Origin: Pseudomonadota bacterium
GTDB taxonomy: Bacteria; Pseudomonadota; Alphaproteobacteria; Rhizobiales; Aestuariivirgaceae
Direction of reading: 5' to 3'
Length of the DNA: 30,282 nt
Assembly (NCBI GenBank): GCA_046726135.1
Contig: JBKOZY010000466.1
Coordinates: 1-30,282 of the forward strand
The position numbers and the translations under genes were made by a program. The notes beneath the pieces are model-generated. The model was not told the origin of the DNA. It did no database searches and saw only the letters and a list, made by a program, of their open reading frames with translations. Position 1 is the first letter of the stretch, and each line of letters opens with the position of its first letter. Below are positions 18,719-25,689 of the stretch, one piece after another.

Positions 18719-20590
18719 TCAAAGCGCATCGATCGTGGTCTGGAGCTCGAGCCACAGCTCCTCCTGGTGCTCGAGATCGGCCGCCAGCCGGCTGCGCAGC
18801 TGGGCGAAATCGGCGGCTTTCCGCGGCTCGTCGCGATAGATCGCGGGATCCTCGAGGGCGCGATCCAGCACCGCGATCTTGTCCCTGAGCTCGCTCATGG
18901 TCGATTCGGCATCGGCGACGCGGCGCCGCAGCTGACCGGGATTGCCGCGGCTCGACCGCGCGATGCGCGGCGTCGCCTCGGCGCCCCGCGGGTTCGTGGC
19001 GGCACGCGTCTGACGCTCGAGCCGCGCTCGCTGCAACACCAGCTCGGCATAGGAATCGAGGTCGCCATCATAGGGCTTGATAGTCCGCTCGCCGGCGATC
19101 CACAGCCGGTCGGCGCAGGTCTCGATCAGATGGCGGTCATGGCTGATCAGCACCACCGCGCCGGCAAATTCGTTGAGAGCGTGGACCAGCGCCTCGCGGG
19201 CATCGACATCGAGATGATTGGTCGGCTCGTCGAGCACCAGGAGATGCGGCCCGTGAAACGCGGCGAGCGCGAACAGCAGACGTGCCTTCTCGCCGCCGGA
19301 AAGATTTTCGGCCGGCGTGTCGGCGAGGGTGGAGCCGAAGCCGTAGAAGCCGAGCCGCGCCCGCCGCTGTGCCTCGCTGGCGTCAGGCATCAGCCGCCGC
19401 ATGCTGTCATAGGGCGTGGCACTCCCCTCGAGCTCGTCGAGCTGATGCTGGGCGAAATAGCCGACGCCCAATCGCGAATGGCGGTGAATCTGACCGGCCG
19501 CCGGCATGAGCTTGCCGGTGATCAGCTTGGCGAAGGTCGACTTGCCGTTGCCATTGGCGCCGAGCAGCGCAATGCGATCGTCATCGTCGATCCTGAGATT
19601 GAGCCGCGTCAGCACCGGCGGGTTGCCGTCATAGGCGGCCGCCACCCCATCGAAGCGGATGAGCGGCGGGTTGAGCGGCTTTGCCGGATCGGGAAAGCGG
19701 AAAGGATGGACCCGGTCCTCGACAATGGCGGCGATCGGCTCGAGCTTGGCCAGCGCCTTGAGCCGGCTCTGTGCCTGCCGCGCCTTGGAGGCCTTGTAGC
19801 GGAAGCGCTCGACGAAGGCCTCCATGTGACGGCGGGACTCCTCCTGCTTCTTCCTGAGCTTGGTGGTGAGCGCCTGCTGCTCGCGGCGCTGTCGCTCGAA
19901 GCTGTCGTAATTGCCCTGATAGAGGGTGAGCTTGCCGCGCTCGAGATGAAGGATCGAGCCCGCAACATCATTGAGGAGGTCGCGGTCATGGCTGACGATC
20001 ACCACGGTTGCGGGGTAGCTGCGGATATAGGATTTGAGCCAGATCACCCCTTCGAGGTCGAGGTAGTTGCTCGGCTCGTCGAGCAGCAGCACATCGGGCG
20101 CGGCAAAGAGCGCCGCCGCCAGCGCCACCCGCATGCGCCAGCCTCCCGACAGCGCCGAGCACGGTGCGTCGATCTGGTCGAGAGTGAAGCCGAGGCCGGC
20201 GAGGATCTGTGCCGCCCGCGCCGGCGCTGCATGCGCATCGATATCGACGAGCCGCGTCTGGATGTCGGCGATGCGGTGCGGGTCGGTTGCCCGTGCCGCC
20301 TCCTCGACCAGCGCCGCCCGCTCGACATCGGCGGCCAGCACCGTGTCGAGAAGGCTCGCCTCGCCGGACGGCGCTTCCTGCGCCACCGTGCCGATGCGGG
20401 CATGGCGCGGCACCGCGACCGCCCCGGTCTCGGGCACCGCATCGCCGAGGATCAGCCTGAGCAGCGTCGACTTGCCGGCGCCGTTGCGACCGACCAGCCC
20501 GACCTTGTGCCGGCTCGGAATCACCGCGCTCGCAGCGTCAAGGATGAGGCGACCGTCAATGCGGTAGGTCAGCTCGTTGATGTGCAGCAT
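18719..20590 (-). CDS. ABC-F family ATPase (YheS/Uup-like), 623 aa
   Basis: Two ABC cassettes ([27 protein letters not shown] and [26 protein letters not shown]), no transmembrane segments, C-terminal coiled coil. Confidence 0.93.
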   Translation of the reverse strand: MLHINELTYRIDGRLILDAASAVIPSRHKVGLVGRNGAGKSTLLRLILGDAVPETGAVAVPRHARIGTVAQEAPSGEASLLDTVLAADVERAALVEEAARATDPHRIADIQTRLVDIDAHAAPARAAQILAGLGFTLDQIDAPCSALSGGWRMRVALAAALFAAPDVLLLDEPSNYLDLEGVIWLKSYIRSYPATVVIVSHDRDLLNDVAGSILHLERGKLTLYQGNYDSFERQRREQQALTTKLRKKQEESRRHMEAFVERFRYKASKARQAQSRLKALAKLEPIAAIVEDRVHPFRFPDPAKPLNPPLIRFDGVAAAYDGNPPVLTRLNLRIDDDDRIALLGANGNGKSTFAKLITGKLMPAAGQIHRHSRLGVGYFAQHQLDELEGSATPYDSMRRLMPDASEAQRRARLGFYGFGSTLADTPAENLSGGEKARLLFALAAFHGPHLLVLDEPTNHLDVDAREALVHALNEFAGAVVLISHDRHLIETCADRLWIAGERTIKPYDGDLDSYAELVLQRARLERQTRAATNPRGAEATPRIARSSRGNPGQLRRRVADAESTMSELRDKIAVLDRALEDPAIYRDEPRKAADFAQLRSRLAADLEHQEELWLELQTTIDAL

Positions 20591-20605
20591 GGGCCAGTTA
20601 AAGCG

Positions 20606-20822
20606 AGGCAGTAGGCATTAGGCAATAGGCAGTAGGCAGTAGGCATTAGGCAATAGGCAGTAAGTGTTGCTCTTCCCTACTGCCTATTTGCCTACTGCCT
20701 ATTTGCCTACTGCCTATTTGCCTACTGCCTATTTGCCTACTGCCTACTTGCCTACTGCCTATTTGCCTACTGCCTATTTGCCTACTGCCTATTTGCCTAC
20801 TGCCTACTTGCCTACTGCCCTA
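20606..20822. repeat. Heptamer palindromic element, copy 2 (expanded array)
   Basis: Left arm 20606-20661 = (AGGCAGT AGGCATT AGGCAAT AGGCAGT)x2. A 14-nt spacer follows. Right arm from 20676 = 9 full copies of the 15-mer CCTACTGCCTA(T/C)TTG plus a partial copy. Confidence 0.97.
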
Positions 20823-23168
20823 ATCGCCCCGGCCGGCAAGCAGCGGCGTGATCCGGCGCACCGTCACGCGGCGGTTTTCCGGCTCTTCCTCCTCGATCGG
20901 GATCTTGAGGAACTGCTCGCCATAGCCGATGGTCTCGAGATTCTGCGGCGCGATGTTGAAGAACTCGGTCAGCGACTGCTTCACCGAGTCGGCACGCTGC
21001 TGCGACAGATCGAGATTGTAGGGATCCGACCCGACGGCATCGGTGTGGCCCTCGATCATGAAGACCTCGTCCGGATTGGCGATCACGATCTTCTCGAGGA
21101 TGCGGCCGATCCGCTCGACGTTCTCAATCTCCTCCTCGCGGACGAACGCCTCGTTGAACCCGAAATGGATGGTGTCGATCTCGACTCCCGGCATGGTCTG
21201 GCGCAGTGCCGGACGCTCGCGAATCTCCTCCACCGAATAGCGGCGATCGATCTCCCTCGTCGGTGGCGCGATGAGCTGCTCTTCGATCATCTCGTCATCG
21301 ACCTCGGCGGCAGCGATATTGGGCCGCGGCCGCGGCGGCGCACCCGGCACGATCACGATGTTGATCCCGCCCTCGCGGCGATATTCGTCATAGCGATCGC
21401 GACGGCCGGCGATCAGGCGCATCCTGAGCTCGCGACGATCGGACCTGAGCCCATCCTCGATGCGGAACCGGTCAGGCCCACGCATATTGCGGTCGTCGAG
21501 CACCATGCGGGCAGCATCGATCCGCCGGTTGAGCTGGCGCACGTTGAGCGCCTGCGAGGGACGCCGGTCCTGCAGCAGCCGGCGCGTCAGCTCGTCGCGC
21601 CCGAACGAGCGGCCGCGGTCGCCATAATCGAAGCCCCCCTGGTCACCGCCCTGATCGGCGCCCCATTGACGATCGCGCTGGCGGTCCTCGCGCTCGGCGA
21701 CCCGGTCGCGCAATGCGTCGCGGTCCTCGCGCAAACGATCGCGCAGCCGCTCGGACATTTCATTGGACAGACCCTCGGCGGCAAGCACGCCGCGTGTCCG
21801 CTGAACCCGGTCGCGCAATTGCTGGTCATCGAGACCGTTTGCCGGCCGGCGGTCCGAAAGAAGCCGCCGCGCCTCGCCCTCCGCCGCCGAGGGCTGATCG
21901 AGCCCGCCGCCGGGCATGGCCCCGCCATTCACTTCCTGAAGGCGGTTGCGCAGCTCCCGGCTATCCTCGTTGAGCCGCGCCTCGATCTGGCCGCGCTGAC
22001 CCTGCCCCGACTGCATGAGCGAGCGCCCCGTTCGGATGCGATAGCGCAGCTCGCGATCGTTCAAGGTCGCAGCCGCCCGGCGGTCTGAGAAATAGCGGTC
22101 GGGATCGCTGCCCGCCTGCTGACCGCCCTGTTGCGAGCCCTGGTCCTGGCCGCCCTGCGGCATGCCAGGCTGGCGATTGCGATCCTGGCGACCGCCCTGG
22201 CCCTGCCCCATGCCCTGTCCTTGATCCTGGCCGAGACTGCCCTGTTGCTGGCCGCTGCCCTGATCCTGACCCTGACGCTGATCGGCGCTCTGGGCCTGAC
22301 CGCCGCGATTAGCAAGCTCGTTCTGCGCCTCGGCGGTGAGCGACTGGACGCGCCCGCGCACCTTGTCGCGCAGATCGCGTTTGCCGAGCAGCGACCGGCC
22401 GACAGCGATCCGGCGGCGCAACTCGGCATCGCTCAGCGATCTGGCGGGACGGCGATCGTTGAGGAAGCGCATGGCATCGCGCATGCCGACCTGGTCGCCC
22501 TCGGGCGCCGGCTGCTGATCGGGCTGCGCCTGCTGCGGCTGCTGTTGCTGCTGCTGTTGCGGTTGACCCTCGAGCTGCGGCTCCGGCTGTCCCTGCTGCT
22601 GCTGTTGTTCCTGCTGGCCCTGCTGCTGTTGCTGTTGCTGCTGTTGCTGACGACGCCGCCGCTGCTGCTTGGTCTCGCCCTGGTCCTGCCCCTGCTGCTG
22701 CTCCAATTGCGGCTGTTGCTGACCCTGGTCCTCGGCGCCCTGTTGCTGCTGTTGCTGACGACGCAGCCGCTGCTGCTTGGTCTCGCCCTGGTCCTGCCCC
22801 TGCTGCTGCTGCTCGAACTGCGGCTGTTGCTGACCCTGGTCCTCGGCGCCCTGTTGTTGCTGTTGCTGACGACGGCGCCGCTGCTGCTTGGTCTCGCCCT
22901 GGCCTTGGCCCTGGTCCTCGGCCCCTTGCGGCTGTTGCTGCTGTTGCTGCTGTTCCTGCTGACCCTGCTGTTGCTCCTGCTGGCGCTTGCGCTTCTTCTT
23001 CTTGTTGTCCTGATCTTCGCCGGTCCCTTGATCCTGCTGGGAATTCTGGTCCTGGACCTCGCCTTCCGATTGTGCCAGGAGCACGTCATTGGCCTTGGCC
23101 GGCAGCACGGAATGAGCGCTGGCTGTCAAGAGAGCAACGGTGAATCCGGCAATCAGAGCGCGCGACAT
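20820..23168 (-). CDS. Large secreted OmpA-like peptidoglycan-binding domain protein with a Q/G-rich region and four repeated domains, ~782 aa
   Basis: Strong SD AAGGAGGAG before ATG 23168 and signal peptide ending PAKA. C-terminal OmpA_C motifs IHFGFNEA, FMIEGHTDAVGSDPYNLDLSQQRADSV, GYGE and NRRV. No beta-barrel or lipobox seen. Confidence 0.88.
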   Translation of the reverse strand: MSRALIAGFTVALLTASAHSVLPAKANDVLLAQSEGEVQDQNSQQDQGTGEDQDNKKKKRKRQQEQQQGQQEQQQQQQQPQGAEDQGQGQGETKQQRRRRQQQQQQGAEDQGQQQPQFEQQQQGQDQGETKQQRLRRQQQQQQGAEDQGQQQPQLEQQQGQDQGETKQQRRRRQQQQQQQQQQGQQEQQQQQGQPEPQLEGQPQQQQQQQPQQAQPDQQPAPEGDQVGMRDAMRFLNDRRPARSLSDAELRRRIAVGRSLLGKRDLRDKVRGRVQSLTAEAQNELANRGGQAQSADQRQGQDQGSGQQQGSLGQDQGQGMGQGQGGRQDRNRQPGMPQGGQDQGSQQGGQQAGSDPDRYFSDRRAAATLNDRELRYRIRTGRSLMQSGQGQRGQIEARLNEDSRELRNRLQEVNGGAMPGGGLDQPSAAEGEARRLLSDRRPANGLDDQQLRDRVQRTRGVLAAEGLSNEMSERLRDRLREDRDALRDRVAEREDRQRDRQWGADQGGDQGGFDYGDRGRSFGRDELTRRLLQDRRPSQALNVRQLNRRIDAARMVLDDRNMRGPDRFRIEDGLRSDRRELRMRLIAGRRDRYDEYRREGGINIVIVPGAPPRPRPNIAAAEVDDEMIEEQLIAPPTREIDRRYSVEEIRERPALRQTMPGVEIDTIHFGFNEAFVREEEIENVERIGRILEKIVIANPDEVFMIEGHTDAVGSDPYNLDLSQQRADSVKQSLTEFFNIAPQNLETIGYGEQFLKIPIEEEEPENRRVTVRRITPLLAGRGD
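22600..22930 (-). repeat. Intragenic tandem repeat (108 and 111 bp periods, ~3 units) with CAG-rich poly-Q tracts
   Basis: GGTCTCGCCC anchor at 22671, 22779 and 22890, encoding QGETKQQRRRRQQQQQQGAEDQGQQQPQ-type units. Confidence 0.9.
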
Positions 23169-23254
23169 TGTCTTTCTCCTCCTTGCAATCGGCCGGATAT
23201 ATTGCCGCAATTGAGGCAAAAATCGGTTGTATCTGTAACCGACCTGCAGCACAC

Positions 23255-23280
23255 GGAACTCGCCGACTTTGGCGCGCGTT
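23255..23280 (+). promoter_or_regulatory. Sigma-EcfG (general stress response) promoter
   Basis: Exact GGAAC-N17-CGTT (23255-23259, 23277-23280), 33 nt upstream of the microprotein ATG. Confidence 0.7.
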
Positions 23281-23313
23281 AGGCCAGCAAGTTCAACCCG
23301 TCTGGAGGCTGCC

Positions 23314-23391
23314 ATGCGCGGCGCACTTCTCTGGCTTGTGGGGATTCCGATCCCCATCATCATCCTGCTCTACCTCTTCAACGTGATCTGA
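23314..23391 (+). CDS. 25-aa single-pass membrane microprotein MRGALLWLVGIPIPIIILLYLFNVI (not in the ORF track)
   Basis: GGAGG SD 5 nt before the ATG, fully hydrophobic helix, TGA at 23389-23391. Resembles the LLWLxGxPIPIIILL small proteins I recall from alphaproteobacteria. Confidence 0.75.
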   Translation: MRGALLWLVGIPIPIIILLYLFNVI

Positions 23392-23395
23392 CGTC

Positions 23396-23599
23396 ATGGC
23401 CAAATCCACCGATCGCAAACCGTCGCAGACGGTCAAGGCAGCGGAAGCCGAGGCGCATACCACCGGCAAGGACAAAACCGAATATGGCCGGGTGTCGCGC
23501 AGCAAGCATGTGACCGACCGCAAGACGGTCAAGGCCAATCCGGCGTCCGACGGTTCGCCAGACCGGGCTCCGGGCGGTGACACGGAGAATACCGACTAG
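23396..23599 (+). CDS. Small hydrophilic hypothetical protein, 67 aa
   Basis: Starts 4 nt after the microprotein stop, GC3-rich codons, internal TDRK..TVKA duplication, followed by two hairpins. Confidence 0.6.
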   Translation: MAKSTDRKPSQTVKAAEAEAHTTGKDKTEYGRVSRSKHVTDRKTVKANPASDGSPDRAPGGDTENTD

Positions 23600-23600
23600 G

Positions 23601-23656
23601 CGGTCCGAAGCAGGACCGGACGGCAGGCGCTCGTCGTGTCCCTCGACGGGCGCTTG
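23601..23656 (+). terminator. Two tandem hairpins after the small-ORF pair (possible terminator or 3' stabiliser)
   Basis: CGGTCC-gaagca-GGACCG (23601-23618) and CAGGCGCTCGTCG-tgtccct-CGACGGGCGCTTG (23624-23656; 13 bp with 2 G-U pairs). The U tract is weak. Confidence 0.4.
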
Positions 23657-23683
23657 CTTCATGGCTAAGACCCTCGCTATAAG
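23654..23683 (+). promoter_or_regulatory. Possible sigma70 promoter for ndk
   Basis: TTGCTT-N18-TATAAG, 27 nt before the ATG at 23711. Confidence 0.45.
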
Positions 23684-23710
23684 GCGCCCGCAATCTCGAT
23701 GGGGGACCAC

Positions 23711-24133
23711 ATGACGGCCGAACGCACGCTGTCGATCATCAAGCCGGACGCAACCAGGCGCAATCTCACCGGGCGGATCAACGCCATGATCGAGGATGCC
23801 GGCTTGCGCATCATCGCCCAGAAGCGGGTGCTGTGGTCGAGGGCCGATGCCGAGGCATTCTACGCCATTCACCGCGAGCGCCCCTTCTACCGGGACCTCG
23901 TCACCTTCATGTCGTCAGGCCCGATCGTGCTGCAGGTTCTCGAGGGCGAGGACGCGGTGGCGAAGTACCGCAAGGTGATGGGCGCCACCGATCCGGCCAA
24001 GGCTGAGCCCAACACCATCCGGCGCGAATTCGCCCAGTCGATCGAGGCCAATTCCGTCCATGGGTCGGACAGCGCCGCCAATGCCGAGACCGAGATTGCC
24101 ATGTGCTTCACCGCCGCCGAGATGATCGGCTGA
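23711..24133 (+). CDS. ndk: Nucleoside diphosphate kinase, 140 aa
   Basis: [30 protein letters not shown] and the catalytic NSVHGSDS. Confidence 0.97.
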   Translation: MTAERTLSIIKPDATRRNLTGRINAMIEDAGLRIIAQKRVLWSRADAEAFYAIHRERPFYRDLVTFMSSGPIVLQVLEGEDAVAKYRKVMGATDPAKAEPNTIRREFAQSIEANSVHGSDSAANAETEIAMCFTAAEMIG

Positions 24134-24136
24134 TCG

Positions 24137-24655
24137 ATGGCGCGATCATTGTGGCGGCGCCTGCCCTGGTGGACCATTCCCTATATCGCCAGCATCGTCA
24201 TGGTGAACTGGCTGTTCGTCACCCTGCCGATGGTGCCGACGCCATGGGGCGACTGGACCTTCGCCAATATCGTCGTCGGCTTCGTGTTCATCCTGCGCGA
24301 CACGGCGCAGCGCCAGCTCGGCCATTACGTGCTGCTCGCCACCGCGCTTGGCGGCCTGCTCACCTGGCTCACCGTCGATCCGTCGGTGGCGCTGGCCTCG
24401 GTGACCGCCTTCATCATCGCCGAGATGGCCGACTGGGCTGTCTACTCCTTCACCAAACGGCCACTCCATGAGCGGATCCTGTGGTCGTCGGCCTTGTCGG
24501 CGCCGCTCGACACCATCGTCTTCCAGCATATGATCGGCATTCTCACCCCAGCCGCCTTCTCGATGGAGACCACCTCGAAGATGCTCGGGGCCATCGCGGT
24601 GTGGCTGGTGCTCAGGCGTCGGATGCGGCTCGCTCTCGAGGCGCCCACAAACTGA
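24137..24655 (+). CDS. VUT-family (YhhQ-like) membrane protein, candidate queuosine-precursor transporter, 172 aa
   Basis: YIASIV.VNW, GFVFILRD.AQR, ALAS..AF..AE..DW.VY and SAPLDTIVF pattern typical of Vut_1 proteins; starts 3 nt after ndk. Confidence 0.72.
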   Translation: MARSLWRRLPWWTIPYIASIVMVNWLFVTLPMVPTPWGDWTFANIVVGFVFILRDTAQRQLGHYVLLATALGGLLTWLTVDPSVALASVTAFIIAEMADWAVYSFTKRPLHERILWSSALSAPLDTIVFQHMIGILTPAAFSMETTSKMLGAIAVWLVLRRRMRLALEAPTN

Positions 24656-24713
24656 CCTGGGCTATGCCGCCCCTCCGCGGTGATGCGGTGGCAGAGCGCC
24701 TTTCAGTCGCCGT

Positions 24714-24758
24714 TAGGCAGTAGGCCGTGAGCGGTGCGCTTCCCTACTGCCGACTGCC
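24714..24758. repeat. Heptamer palindromic element, copy 3 (short, degenerate)
   Basis: TAGGCAG TAGGCCG - tgagcggtgcgcttccc - TACTGCC GACTGCC, between the convergent VUT and DMT genes. Confidence 0.75.
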
Positions 24759-25682
24759 TCACATCGTCGCCGTTTCAGGCGCCTGGCGCGGCCGGCCGAG
24801 CCGGCTTTCGCGATAGGAGATGTAGACCGCCGAGCCGATGAGGATGGCGACGCCGAGGATCGTCCACCTGTCGGGGAAATCGCCGAATGCCAGATAGCCG
24901 ATCACCGCCGCCGAGATCATTTCCGTATAGGCGAGCGGCGCCAGCGTCGGAGCGCTGGCGAAATCATAGGCGCGGACCATCGCATAATGGCCGATCGCCG
25001 CAACCGCACCAACCGCCGCCAAGAGTCCCCAATTCTCCAGACCCGGCGGCTGCCACACCGCCGGCAAGGCGAAGCTGACCAGGATGGCGCCGATCAGAGT
25101 CGTCTGGAAATTGTTGATGAGCGCATCGATCGAGCCGGCGATCTTGCGGGTCAGCAGCATGAACACCGCCATCGACAGGCCGGACGCCAGCGCCCACAGC
25201 GTCCCGACATTCGCCCCGTGAAGGCCCGGCCTGATGATGATCAGTGTGCCGATGAACCCGACCACCACCGCGCTCCACCGGCGCACCCCGACATGCTCGC
25301 CGAGCACCAGCGGCGACAGTGCGGTGACCACCAGCGGCATGATGAAGAAGATGGCGAGCGTGTCGGCGATCGGCAAATAGCGCAAGCCGGTGAAGAACGA
25401 CATGGTCGACAACACCATGAGCACGCTGCGCGTCACCTGTATCACCGGCCGCTGCGGCGTGATCGCGCCAGCGACGCCATGGCGGATCAGCACCGCCGGC
25501 AGGGTGAACAGCGTCGAGAACACCATGCGGCCCCACACGATGAGGAGCACCGGCAGGACCTGCCCGAGATGCTTGCCGATGGCATCCATGATCGGCAGGA
25601 TCGCCATCGCGAACAGCATCAGCGAAATTCCCGTCGAGGCGCGTGACGCCGCATCGTGATCGGCGATGGGCGTGCTGACCAT
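24759..25682 (-). CDS. DMT/EamA family transporter, 307 aa
   Basis: About 10 hydrophobic helices with F.GLRYLPIADTLAIFF.MPL.VTALS..VLGE.VG.RRW and APTLAPLAY.E motifs. Confidence 0.9.
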   Translation of the reverse strand: MVSTPIADHDAASRASTGISLMLFAMAILPIMDAIGKHLGQVLPVLLIVWGRMVFSTLFTLPAVLIRHGVAGAITPQRPVIQVTRSVLMVLSTMSFFTGLRYLPIADTLAIFFIMPLVVTALSPLVLGEHVGVRRWSAVVVGFIGTLIIIRPGLHGANVGTLWALASGLSMAVFMLLTRKIAGSIDALINNFQTTLIGAILVSFALPAVWQPPGLENWGLLAAVGAVAAIGHYAMVRAYDFASAPTLAPLAYTEMISAAVIGYLAFGDFPDRWTILGVAILIGSAVYISYRESRLGRPRQAPETATM

Positions 25683-25689
25683 CGGCGCT

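Noticed and set aside
20606-20822. CRISPR array interpretation of the repeats
   Set aside because: Units are head-to-tail 7/15-mers with no unique spacers between identical 23-47 bp repeats, and no cas genes are present.
20664-22088. 474-aa plus-strand ORF starting with (PTAYL)x9
   Set aside because: It is a by-product of the stop-free 15-bp repeat running into the antisense frame of the OmpA gene, with a TTG start and no SD.
22131-23282. 383-aa Leu-rich plus-strand ORF that looks like a membrane protein
   Set aside because: It is the reverse complement of CAG (Gln) runs. The minus strand has the strong SD, signal peptide and OmpA domain.
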